A stretch of DNA of 60,713 bases, the filler included, from Diploschistes diacapsis (Eukaryota): the NCBI GenBank assembly GCA_023645945.1. It is 9 parts of 9 records of this genome, joined end to end, with 100 filler letters (N's around TTAATTAATTAA, not from the genome) between each part and the next. Parts side by side here need not be neighbours in the genome. Positions count along the whole stretch, not along the records: positions 48,038 to 52,197 come from JALAIB010001764.1; positions 52,298 to 56,456 come from JALAIB010001765.1; positions 56,557 to 60,713 come from JALAIB010001766.1; 6 more parts are not named here. One strand, written 5' to 3'. This document shows positions 48,038 to 59,780 of the stretch, in pieces. The notes beneath the pieces are model-generated. The model made no database searches and had not been told where the DNA came from. It worked only from the letters and a program-made list of their open reading frames with translations. The stretch's first letter is position 1; each line of letters starts with the position of its first letter. The position numbers were made by a program, and so were the translations under genes.

Positions 48038-49018
48038 ATACGTATATATCTTGAAAGTAAAGAGGTAAATTACGTCCTTAATAAGCACCCACCAGTACTA
48101 TTCTCTACAGTTATCCTAAACAACTCTATATCGTCTACCTCTGTCGGTTCAGTGATCGACAAAATATCCGAATAGTAAAAGAAAGATTAATCAAAAATAA
48201 ACTACCAGATTGTGATCTATACCGGAGAAATTGATCAAGAACGACTTCGTGATTTATCTATTATAAAAAATTGATCCGATGGTTTCAAAAGTATATATTT
48301 ATAATAACGATTCTTGGACATAATTATTAAACGATTAAGTATAAATAAGAACACGCGACGAAAGATAAAACAAAAACCGCGATCAAAATCTTCAGTTTAG
48401 TTTTAGTTTAAAGTTTGGTTAATAATTAATTATTCAGTTTAAATGTTTCGGAATTAGCTCAGCCAATCAATATTCTAAAAAAGCAACATTCGGAATTAAT
48501 TTCTTACATACGGGTTTTTCTACGCCAATAAACACATTAATATGCAAATATAGTCCTGCGCTTTGCTTCGGAATTACAATACTTGTTGGCACAAATTTAA
48601 AACATATGCCACTTAAAATTGAATACCGTCGTTCTTGATCAATAGCATATAAGTAATTTTGATTTATTATTTTGTATATTATTTTGAAAATTTCGTACTT
48701 TTCCTGGATTTTTAACGTATCTTGGTAATGAAGTGGATATTCAGTCCCTGGGTCTTGTGGGCAGGCTCGTATCATCTCCGTCCTGTCCTCTAACTTGGCG
48801 GAAAATAGATGGCAATGAAGTTCCACAAATTCCTACAGATTTCATGAATCCCTTGGTGCTATGGATAGTATTTTTAAAGAAGGATGCAACGTTTCAATTG
48901 TCATAACTATCTCATGCCATAGGTTCTTCTGTACTGATCAGTACGTCCGTTTTTGAAGGCTTGAGCACCTGCTTAGCATAATAGCACTCTCTAACATTCC
49001 GATCCGCCATCTTTGAGC

Positions 49019-51650
49019 TTACAGAAGCCGCCGTGGAGTTAGCCAAGTGTCAGCTCTCTTCCATGTTGCCTTCTCTTCTTCGCTTACAAGGCTAGGATCA
49101 CTTTTCTGCACACCTTCGCAAACAGCGTCCCAGAGCTCGCATGCAAGCTTAAAGCTTCCTGAAACATCGGTATGGACTAGCCAACCCTCCGCTCTGCTCA
49201 TTGTTCTCTCTTGTTCACCTCTGTCGATAGGCTGTTCCAGCGTGGAGAGCTCGTCGAGGTATATTTTAGTAAGGACACCAAGCCCGGCAGAGTACTGTTC
49301 CTGCAAAGGTAACCTAGGATTCTTGCGTTAGATCAGCGCCGTCAATTATTCGTCTTGCTTACATTGCAGCAATGTCAAGAAGGTCCTCGCGGATACGTTC
49401 AACATCAGCCTCCAGAAACATCACGGCGAGATTCATTTCCAGCAAGTCGCGGAGACATAGCCTCACTTCTGTGATTAAAGAATGGTAGGCCAGAAGATGC
49501 CGACTTAATGGGCCGCTGTACCCCTTTGCTGGATGTATCATCTTGCCCGTACAAGCTAGACGCGCAATCAGTAGGCAATTACTTCTGTCTGTTTCTGCAA
49601 ATCGTCAGCAAGGGCAGAGCGTCGACAAGGATGGCAGTGATACCTGATCCGTGTACAGCAGCTCCGCCATAGTCTTTTGGAAACAGTGCGTTCCCTGTTA
49701 GCAAGCCTAACCTCAAGAGTTCCGTAGCTAGAAGTGCCGCTTCAGCTTGTTCACGTGTTGAATCAAGCTTCTGGAGGATGTTGTGCAGCAGATTACCCCA
49801 AGCTGTCAACTCGTGCTTCTCGCTCACGTACCCACGTAGTTGAAGAAAGCGCCACAATATGTTACAAACAATTTCCTCGGCAGAAAAGAGCGGCTGCAAT
49901 AAATTAGGCTGAACATAAAGATGGGTTGCAATAGCATTTACCTCATATTGGCTAGGTTTTGAGCTGATCGATTGGGCACAGAAATCCTTGTCGCTGAGTG
50001 CTTGTAACGCGAAATACAAACTACCAGGTACACAATTCTTGCTGTAGGACTGGACAAATCAGTCCCATATTGAGCTGCAGAGGGCCCCTAGAAGACTTAC
50101 CCCTATGGCTTTCAGTCGCTCCGTGAGTTGTCCTTCGCGAACACGCCAACCGAAGAGCAGCCTCTTGGGTGAACTCAGGTCTTTAATGTTGAACTTAACT
50201 TCATACTCGGGCCCGAACCAGAATAAGGTTGTGATCTCCCTCTGCTGGAAATACCTGTTGATCGAATACGCCAGCAAGGCAAGAGCCTCCTCTCTGCGTG
50301 GCTGCAAGTCATCTATCATCAATTTCCTATACGCGTCACTGTCTCCACCAGATAATGGCGCGGATACACTGATCTTGCCACTCATAAGCCAATTCAAAAC
50401 CCTTGTCCCTATCATTCCACGGTACAAATAGTACTGTAATTCTTCCGGCAACGCAAGGCCGATTAGCTCATGCAAGTCTGAAGGGGCACGCTTGGACCGT
50501 GGTTGGCTTCTGTATGTGCAGGGCTTGGCCAGATCATGATGAAATAACACGATCATGTGGCGAGCAGATTGAACAACTCGCATGTAACGGTCAACCCAAT
50601 TCAACTTGCCAATACGAGAGTCGTGCACATACTGGTCACAAAGTCGAATCACATTGCCACTTGTTGATACAAGAAGATCAACAACGTTGCGAAATGTGAA
50701 AGGTTGCTGATAGTTTAGAGGATCACTCAATGGTGGGAACGCCTCAAGCTGCGAGGTCCCAGCCAGGAGCAATGCATCCAACAGGGTATCGTGTGAAATA
50801 TCGCCGAGCATTTTCAGGCAAGGCTCCAACTCAAGCCAAGTGAAAGTAGATTGGTCGGGGCTGAATTCGTACCTTTTCTTGGACTTATCCGCGTCCTTCA
50901 CGGTCTGGGCTTCATAGAATGGGGTAATTTTAGTAATGAACCTAGTGGCCCCGTAGAGGAAGAGGTCCGAAGGCCCGTATATAGCGTCTATAGCTCCTTC
51001 ATTAAGATGGTGGACCAGCTAAAAGACTTTAGAACGATTGAGGTATGTGGATTGGATATCCATACCTGAGCATGTGAACTGAAGGGTGCGACAACAAATG
51101 GAATCCCTTGCCTATGTAAAATAACCTTCAAAGCTGAGCATAGCCATGCAATGTCCGGAAACCCTAAAATGATCAGACCTTCGCGAACTTTACGGTACAA
51201 ATTCACGGACCTGAATGTTTGAAATGGTCTATGGCGCCGGTGGCATTGCCCATCTCGTAGACGCTAAATGCCCTAGAGTTCACAGTAGCGGTGTGCACCG
51301 AAGCTGCACAAGAGGCATCCCTCAAGCCGGAGTCGAGTCCGTCAAAATAAAAGTAGAGCTTGCAGCCACAGGATTCAATGTCTCTGACACCTCGAGCAAT
51401 CATTCCCTCAAGGGCCATAGGGAACCCGCCGAGCGCGGCAACAAGAGGCTCCTTGGTTGGATAGCGTAGTTCTTCAAGATAGTAAGAAGCATCTACGCCT
51501 ATGACAGGCCCCTCTCCGGCCTCGCCAATGTTCTTTAGTGTTTGTGTCACTGGCAGCTCGGCAGCAAGTGCCCAGCTATCAAACACCGGTGCTTCGGACA
51601 TGGTCAGCGGAGCCGTTAACCTTTAGAAGTGTATTATTAATACTACCCAT
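49019..51650 (-). CDS. MKT1: Mkt1, XPG/PIN-like post-transcriptional regulator (multi-exon)
   Basis: VIGVDASYYL..KEPLVAALGGFP, FYFDGLD, FVVAPFSSHAQ, APSDLHELIGLALPEELQYY, NILWRFLQLRGYV, YSGPLSRHLLAYHS. Exons are joined by short GT-AG introns; micro first exon at 51650. Confidence 0.88.
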
Positions 51651-51973
51651 CGTAGGAGGCCGGGAAAGAATAGTCTATTGCAGCAAAATACCAATATTCT
51701 ATAACAATTGCTAAGGTTTCAGCTTTAAGATCAACAGCAGTCATGCACAAACATTGCGGTCAGAGTACGAGATTTACGCCATTTGAACAAGTTGTTAAAA
51801 GTAAAGATCATAGTGGATTAAACATAGGAAGTCTGCACCATACAGTGGGGTCCCAAAAGTAGTTGGGTGTGGGAACAACAAAACACGACCCACCAACTTC
51901 ATCAAGCCATTGCGCGCTTAATAAAGCTTTAATGAATGCGTAAATTAGATCATTTTGAAGTTCTTAAATAACT

Positions 51974-52197
51974 TAACGTATATGGATAGCGAGCGGATAC
52001 TTATAGCGAGCGGATATTCTTCTCGATTTGTACGAGTTGTAACTATATTTACGTAATCAATTCGTACGATAACGTGTTTCACCACAAAACGGGTTACACC
52101 ACAAAGCGGGTTACTCATTATAATGTAGATGCGCTAGATAGTTTTAAGCGAGCTTTTGAGCCCCACAACCACACATAAAATTATTTGTACGAAAGGT
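51974..52197. mobile_element. Stacked Fot1/pogo-type transposon ends at the contig edge
   Basis: TA|ACGTATATGG with direct repeat ATAGCGAGCGGATA (51986-51999 and 52003-52016). Then TA|ACGTGTTTCACCACAAAACGGG...CATTATAATGTAGATGCGCTAGAT from 52070, related to the MITE at 28645-28863. Confidence 0.7.
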
Positions 52198-52297
52198 NNN
52201 NNNNNNNNNNNNNNNNNNNNNNNNNNNNNNNNNNNNNNNNNTTAATTAATTAANNNNNNNNNNNNNNNNNNNNNNNNNNNNNNNNNNNNNNNNNNNN
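52198..52297. other. Artificial contig linker
   Basis: N44-TTAATTAATTAA-N44. Confidence 0.98.
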
Positions 52298-52760
52298 AGA
52301 TGGGAGGGGGGGTAAGGGATTGCGGGATGATGGGTCTGTGGGTTGAAACGAGAACCTCGGGGCCCCATGGTTACTGGATGTGTGTTCTTCATAGAAGTAT
52401 TGGCCGACTCTTTGGATTGGCGAAAGTATCTGCACAGAGCATTGTGCTCTTGTGTGTGGTCTGCTACACGTGTGCAGTAGCGCATAATATCTGTTTTAGC
52501 ATAACTCTACACTCTACAATTTGTACCATTAGGATTAGATTACTACCTATGGGCACTAAGAATCTGTAAAGGAGCATTAATTGGAATCATTGATTCATAC
52601 TCCCCAGGGCATCAACCTATCTAATTACATGCTAGACTTTTCCACCTTTGCTATTATCGTGAACTTCGCTAGAACTCCTACGCCTAGCAGTGCAACTCCA
52701 AGATCTGGTATGCTACCGGTCATTAAAAGGGATTCGTGGCTAAATTGGGGAAAACGGCGT

Positions 52761-54809
52761 TTAGTCAACCTCCTCGACAGTCGGGCCCTCATCTTGGCCA
52801 CCGGCACCGGCGCCACCAGCGCCTGGGAAGCCACCTCCCATACCTCCCATACCTCCCATGCCGCCCATGCCGCCGGGCATGCCGCCGCCTGGCATTCCAC
52901 CAGGCATTCCACCCTCAGCGCCACCGTACATCTTGACCATGATGGGGTTGGCAACACCCTCGAGCTCCTTCTGCTGCGCCTCATACTCTTCCTTGGTTGC
53001 GGTCTGGTTGTCGTCGAGCCAAGCAACAGTCTTGTCGATCTCCGCCTTGAGTTTCTCCTTGTCGCCGGCATCGAGCTTCTCATCGACCTTGGAATCGGAC
53101 ATGGTGTTGCGGAGAGAATAGGCATATGACTCAAGGCCGTTCTTCGCCTGGATGCGACCAGCTTCAGCCTCGTCTTCAGCCTTGTACTTTTCAGCCTCGG
53201 ACAACATGCGCTCAATCTCTTCCTTGGACAGGCGGCCCTTGTCGTTGGTGATGGTAATCTTGTTGGTCTTTCCAGTGCCCTTCTCAATGGCGGAGACATT
53301 CATGATACCGTTGGCGTCGAGGTCGAACGTGACCTCAATCTGAGGTACGCCACGAGGGGCAGGTGGGATGCCTGTCAACTCGAACTTGCCGAGCAGGTTG
53401 TTGTCCTTGGTACGTGCACGTTCGCCCTCGAACACTTGGATGAGCACACCAGGCTGGTTGTCGGAGAAAGTCGAGAAAACTTCCGACTTCTTGGTTGGAA
53501 TGGTGGTGTTGCGCTTGATCAGTGCGGTCATGACACCACCAGCAGTCTCAATACCGAGGGAGAGGGGAGCAACGTCGAGGAGGAGGATTTCATTGGTCGA
53601 TTTCGAAGAGGTGTCGCCAGACAGGATGGCAGCTTGCACGGCGGCACCATAGGCAACAGCCTCATCCGGGTTGATAGACTTGTTGGGCTCCTTGCCGTTG
53701 AAGAAGTCGGACACAAGCTTCTGGATCTTGGGAATACGGGTAGATCCGCCAACCAAAACGATTTCATGAACCGAAGATTTGTCGATCTTGGCGTCACGGA
53801 GGACACGCTCGACGGGCTCCATGGTAGAACGGAAGAGGTCCTGGCAAAGTTCCTCGAAGCGGGCACGGGTAATAGATGTGTAAAAGTCGATTCCCTCGTA
53901 AAGCGAGTCGATTTCGATGGAGGTCTGAGCGGACGAGGAGAGGGTGCGCTTAGCTCGCTCGCAAGCAGTGCGAAGTCGTCTGAGGGCACGGGCATTGCTT
54001 GAGAGCTCCTTCTTATGCTTGCGCTTGAATTCATTGACGAAGTGGTTGACCAGACGGTTGTCGAAGTCCTCGCCTCCCAAATGGGTATCACCAGCGGTGG
54101 ACTTGACTTCGAAAATACCCTCCTCGATGGTTAGGAGGGAGACATCGAAAGTTCCTCCGCCGAGGTCGAAGATGAGGACATTGCGCTCACCAGTGGTCTT
54201 CTTGTCGAGACCGTAGGCAATGGCTGCTGCAGTTGGTTCGTTGATGATACGAAGAACGTTCAGACCAGCGATAAGGCCGGCATCCTTGGTAGCCTGGCGT
54301 TGGGAGTCGTTGAAGTAGGCTGGTACTGTGACAACAGCATTATTTACCGTCCCGCCCAGGTAAGCCTCAGCAGTCTCTCGCATCTTGGTCAGGACCATTG
54401 AGGAAATTTCCTCAGGTGTGAACAATTTGGTCTCGCCCTTGAACTCGACAGAGATCACAGGCTTGCCCCCTTTGTCAATGACCTTGAACGGGAAATGCTT
54501 CATATCGGCTTGAACTTCAGCATCGGCGAACTTGCGGCCAATCAAACGCTTAGCATCAAAGACAGTGTTTGCTGGGTTCATGGCGACCTGGTTCTTTGCA
54601 GAGTCACCGATGAGACGTTCGGTGTCGGTGAAGGCCACGAACGATGGCGTCGTGCGATTGCCTTGGTCCTAAAGGATGTTAGTACAAGCTGACAGACCAT
54701 TGATGATATAAACACTCACATTTGCGATAATTTCAATCCGATCATCTCTGAAAATACCCACGCAAGAGTACGTGGTACCGAGATCGATACCGATAGCGGG
54801 CCCCGTCAT
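52761..54809 (-). CDS. HSP70: Cytosolic Hsp70 (Ssa-type)
   Basis: [18 protein letters not shown]; intron 54669-54719; [27 protein letters not shown] repeats, terminal GPTVEEVD. Confidence 0.98.
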
Positions 54810-54956
54810 AATGGCAATATCAAGAAGAGCGAATTAAAGGCGTAAGGTATTGCTCGAAGATTGTGACAAGAGAAGGGATGTGTGGGTGTAGGTTGAATGT
54901 GGAAAAATGGGAATTCAGGAATCTGTTGTGGGAAATATAAATGCGTTCGGCTTAGG

Positions 54957-54971
54957 TTTCTAGAAGATTCC
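54957..54971. promoter_or_regulatory. Heat-shock element
   Basis: tTTCtaGAAgaTTCc is a perfect three-unit nGAAn inverted array about 150 bp upstream of the HSP70 ATG. Confidence 0.85.
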
Positions 54972-55769
54972 GCGGATGTCTACGAGTATCCAGGATCTTC
55001 TGGCTGTTACCGGCCCATTCCCGCTTGCCTAGGCAACTTTTTATGACCTCACTAATACGTGTTGTTGAAGACCTGTCTGGATCCCTTCCCATTACCTATT
55101 GAGTATTTCATACTTGAGAACTTATCTCATTCCATCTGAATTTGTTATTCTTCTTCCGTAACGTCACAGGCTGGAGGGGCACCCAGCTATCGATAACACA
55201 CTCCGTCATTGGTTGGCCAAACGACAAATCTTTTGCAGGGCTGAGAAATGTTTGTGGGTCCTTGCAACACCCGAGGTTAGGGTTTTCCGGCCAGGGACAC
55301 ACATACACATACACATACGCATTCATCCATACATCACAAAACTTAATAGGTTGTAAAAGCAATGCAATCATTACCATACCCGTACGAGTACGATTTTCAC
55401 CTTTTCCACCTTTTGTTCTTATGTTTATTCCATTGATATCTGAAGTACCTTGATAGTAGTAGTAACGAGGTATAAGATGGTGTAATTTCCATTGACGTCT
55501 GCGTGACGGTCAGTGAGGTAGGGTTTTCTATAAGTGGATAAGTGGTACTGAAACATGCAGTGGTGTTGTAATGTTGAACCGTTGGAGTTGCGCTATGGCC
55601 CTCCCTTTGTATCCTTTTTGAACGTAAAGAGGTTCAGGATGCAGACCGTGCGGCTCTATGACCCCGCCAGACTAGCCATGTCCGAAATCGGACGGGGTCA
55701 GTGCCCCGCCAAGCATAGACTAGGAAAAGATTTGGCTAGACATTGGAATCAAAACATTTATTATTTATT

Positions 55770-55942
55770 TAACGTATTCCACTAGTCAGTGACTAACACA
55801 AGTCAGTGACTCACTTGTATCTCTCATACAAAAATACATGTGATGGTACTTAATTGTCGCTCTCCACGTGATTATCACGTACCATTACATGTATTTTTGT
55901 ATGAGAGGTACAAAGTGAGTCACTGACTAGTGGAATACGTTA
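55770..55942. mobile_element. Foldback Fot1/pogo-type MITE, 169 bp plus TA duplications
   Basis: TA|ACGTATTCCACTAGTCAGTGACT...AGTCACTGACTAGTGGAATACGT|TA. Inverted identity continues through CTCTCATACAAAAATACATGT, so almost the whole element is a hairpin. Confidence 0.88.
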
Positions 55943-56456
55943 CATGCATGTAGGTGACTAAGTGACGATCTGCTGCATCTGGGCGCACAGACAGGCACGC
56001 GGTGCGTTTCGGGAGCTTTCGGGCCCAGGAAAACATGCGTCCGTCAAAAAAAAGAAATATGGTATAGTTCTGGGTGCTAAGCAGCTTCAAGAGGAGTGGG
56101 GGCAAAAATGGCATACACAACTGCACTGATTGCGTTCTGACAGGAGGGATGTGACATGCATGATGCAAAAAAACTCTTCTGCATTAATCAGACAAAATTC
56201 AATAGTGATTCCAGGGCGTATTGGGTGTTTCTTGGGGCTCCCATTGGTCGGGATAACGACTGAGCTACTGACTGATAAGCCATTTCCGCGTGTTTTCTGC
56301 ACTTCTGCTTTGAAAGTCGCAGACGCCGTTGGTTAATTCATGATGAATAAGGGACCCTGGGGCAGAAGAATTGCGCCTCGCCCGCTCAGTCGCAAAATTT
56401 CCTAGCGCATTTGGCCACATACTCTGCCATTGTGGATTGACTGCAACACCCTCCTC

Positions 56457-56556
56457 NNNNNNNNNNNNNNNNNNNNNNNNNNNNNNNNNNNNNNNNNNNN
56501 TTAATTAATTAANNNNNNNNNNNNNNNNNNNNNNNNNNNNNNNNNNNNNNNNNNNN
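56457..56556. other. Artificial contig linker
   Basis: N44-TTAATTAATTAA-N44. Confidence 0.98.
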
Positions 56557-59427
56557 CTTTAACGATATAATCGATTTTATTTTTTATTATATAGACGACT
56601 TATTAATATTTTTTAATAATAAGAAAATCCACCGAAAACACGTACGACAGATATTACAGCGCCTTCGGAAGATAGGCCTAAACGTAGATATTTTTAAAAC
56701 CGAGTTCGATATTATCGAGATTAAGTATCTCGGCTTGATTATCACCTTTAAAGACGTAAAAATGAACTTTAAGAAAATTGAAGTTATTAAGAACTAACAC
56801 CGATTTAAATTAAATAAAAAAACGAAAATTATACGGAATTATTTGAAGTTCGTTAACTTCTATCGACGGTTTATCTTTAATTTTAATAAGATCATTAAAC
56901 CCCTTTATAACTTAATTAAAATAAACATAACGGGGATCTAAAGTAATAAAAAAAAAAACATTCGTTATCTTAAAAAAGGCCGTATTTTTTAAATTAATAA
57001 TAGCGTATTTCGACCTAAATAAACGATCTCTAATAAAATACGACGTTAATAATATAATTACCGAAGATATCCTATCTTAAGAAATCGATGACGGCCTATT
57101 ATAACCCGTGGTTTATTTATCTAAAAGTATAGATCCGGCCCAACGCAATTATGCGATATACGATAAAAAAATGCTCGTTATAATAAAATATTTCAAGAAA
57201 TAGAAGTCCGAATTATTAATTTCTTTAATTAATCGGTTCACTCTAATACTAATCGATCACAAGGCCCTCGAGTACTTCATTACGAACAAGTAGTTGAACC
57301 GTAAACAGATTCGGTAGACAAAATTTCTGTCTTAATTCAACTTTAAGATCTAATATCGCCCCGGGGCAAAGAACGTGAAAACCGACTTATTAACGAAAGA
57401 ACTTAATACAAACGAGGCCCTTAAAGCCAAAAAAGACTCCTATATATAATAAACGCTAATCAAGCCCAGCCAGTTCTTCGAAAAAATTAAACGGGATTTC
57501 AATATACACGTCCTAAACGGGGAAGATTATGCTCCCGAGACGCGAGAAATAATTACAAAAAAATCTAATCCTATCGAGATATTCAAACCGATCGACGAAA
57601 CCGCCCCCGCGAACGATACCCCGACGATAACTAAAGAAATAAGAAATATCAATCGACGTAACCTAATATTCAGCGAAATCAGAACCAGGTTAAAAAAAAA
57701 TAAAATCACGGGATCCCTTCACGGCTACCGATTAGATATTTATAAAACGGACGGGACCTTATTATAAATTAACGATAAACTCGCCGTCCCGAATAATCAA
57801 ATCACTTACGTTATTCAATCAATTTACTACGATAAAAAGATAAAACACGCGAAGATCGATAAAACCCTCCGGGCAATTAAAAAAAATTTTAAATTCCTTT
57901 AAATAAAAGTTATCATCGCCCGATTTATTAAAAATTGTCACGATTACCGCCGAATAAAATCAATTATCTAAGCTTTTTAGGAATTTTAAAAACCATTACC
58001 TATTTCCGACAGATCGTAGACAGACATTTCGGTAAATTTCGTAACCGGGTTACCCGAGGATTCGGAATAAAATAATATTATTATAATAATAATCTACCGT
58101 TTATTAAAAGAAAGGTATTATATCCCCTATAGGGTAAAAAATCAGGGCATAAGGATTAAAACAATGGCCTAATTATTCTACAAGTATATATAAAAATACC
58201 ATGGCCTACCCCTAATTATTGTATCCGATAGGAAAACCTAATTCGTTAACCAGCTATAACAACACCTATATGATATATTACACATCCGTTCTAAGCTATC
58301 GACGGCTTTTCACTTCTAAACGGACGGTTAAACCGAAAATATCAATAAAAAAATAGAACGGTATCTACGAACCTTCGTTTATTATTCGTAGAAAAATTAG
58401 AAACGGCTATTACTTATAACAAAATTCGTTATCAACGCGGTTAAATCGGAATCAACGAAATGCTCGCCATTCTTCGTTACTCGGGGATATAAACCCCGGA
58501 TATCTTTTGACACCGACAGAATAACGGAACAGAAAATTACTACCCGCGAGAGAATAAATAATCGAAATATTAATACCATCGCCGAAATCATATAAGACAC
58601 CTAGAACTTCGCCAAAAGATATATAACATTAACGTAACAACGATAAAAACGATACGCGGACGAGCACCGACGCCCCGTTAAAAAGATCAACCCCGGCGAC
58701 TCGGTTTAATTAGATATACGTAACATTAAAACTACCCGGGCCTATAAGAAGCTAGATAACAAATAAAGCGGCCCCTATAACGTTCTACGGAAGATAAACG
58801 ATATAAATTTCGAACTGAATCTATTAACGTCGATAAAATAGTTTAAAACCTTTTACTCGTCTTTACTTTTAAAAAACCCGCAAGACCCTTTAAAAAGATA
58901 GACGCATCCTAGACCACCTCCGGTAAAGACGGAGGGCGGAAAAGAATAAGAGATCGAGAAGATCCTCGACGCCAAAAAAGGCCCCGGGCGAGGAATGAAC
59001 GTCTAATATAGGATACGTTAAATAAGATAATTTACCGACGATAATTAATATCCCGCCGTTAATTTCGAAAATATTCTCGAGATTTTACGAGAATTTTATT
59101 AATTAAATCCCGAAAAGATAAGATTTCCGTAACTAATAATACCCGGGAACAGGCAGTCTACGTTAATAAAAATTATAAACGGGAGCGAACCTTTAAAAAA
59201 AACCGATATCGATTATTACGACGATCATACTTTCTTATAAAATCTAAAAACGTATTTAATTAAAAATAACACTAAAAGGAGTTTAAAAAAACGGAAACAT
59301 CTATTATAAAAAAACAACGGGTATCTTTTTAAACAAATTAGAAAAAGAAATAAAAATCGAGATAAAAATTAACTAAAATAAAAACATCGCGCTTATAAGA
59401 GACACAAACATCTGAAAAGAGGGATAA

Positions 59428-59780
59428 TAAAACAACCCAGCCCAGGGGCTTACCAAGCCACGGCAGGGTTAATGCCCAGATACTTGCCAAACCACGGCAG
59501 GATTAATACTCAGATGCTTGCCAAGCCACGGCAAAATTAATACCCAGATGCTTGCTAAGACACGGCAGGGTTAGGAAATGGCTGTATAGATAGGTAATCT
59601 TCGAACCCCGGTAGGATGGCATCTACACTATTTAACGGTGCCCTCCTCCCATTTAGATAATTTCTTCTTCAGCTTTTCGAATCGAGACCTTTTACCTGCA
59701 GATGCCCAAGCTACACCTAATCCTTCCGGATCAGGCCCAGCCCCCGGTAGAGTAGCATCCTTTCCTGCGCTGGCGTTTCA
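59428..59780 (+). repeat. 3' LTR (353 bp) of the gypsy element
   Basis: Follows the purine tract GAAAAGAGGGATAA. Begins TAAAAC (TGAAAC with one G>A) and ends GTTTCA, forming the expected terminal inverted repeat. Confidence 0.7.
59448..59573 (+). repeat. 34-bp tandem repeat, about 3.7 copies, inside the LTR
   Basis: Consensus GCTTGCCAAGCCACGGCAGGGTTAATACCCAGAT, with units starting at 59448, 59482, 59516 and 59550. Confidence 0.9.

Larger units (their letters stand above)
56557..59780 (+). mobile_element. RIP-inactivated Ty3/gypsy chromovirus, 3' half (RT-RNase H-integrase-chromodomain-PPT-LTR)
   Basis: YIDDLLIF (56588), IKYLGLII, AQRNYAIYDKKML (about 57138), IDHKALEYF, YRPG, NFVTGLP, HGLP..IVSDR, HF*TDG*TE (58311; consensus HPQTDGQTE), E*EIEKILD (about 58944). 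Stops fall at Gln/Trp codons, as expected for RIP. Confidence 0.93.

Noticed and set aside
48038..48830. 119-aa minus ORF 48467-48826 in AT-rich DNA downstream of MKT1
   Set aside because: GTG start, no motif, and it runs into AT-rich repeat-like sequence at the contig edge.
52581..54216. Long antisense ORFs opposite HSP70
   Set aside because: A well-known consequence of Hsp70 codon bias; they are fragmented here and have no independent support.
14919..54809. Apparent cluster of ribosome-biogenesis and proteostasis genes (NOP56, CCT6, DPH7, RIO1, RRN7, MKT1, HSP70)
   Set aside because: These genes lie on five different contigs joined artificially. Only CCT6-NOP56 and RIO1-CHL4 are true neighbours.
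59448..59573. 34-bp repeats here and at 8173-8274 as CRISPR-like arrays
   Set aside because: They are head-to-tail with no unique spacers, unrelated to each other in sequence, lie within eukaryotic transposon remnants, and no cas genes are present.
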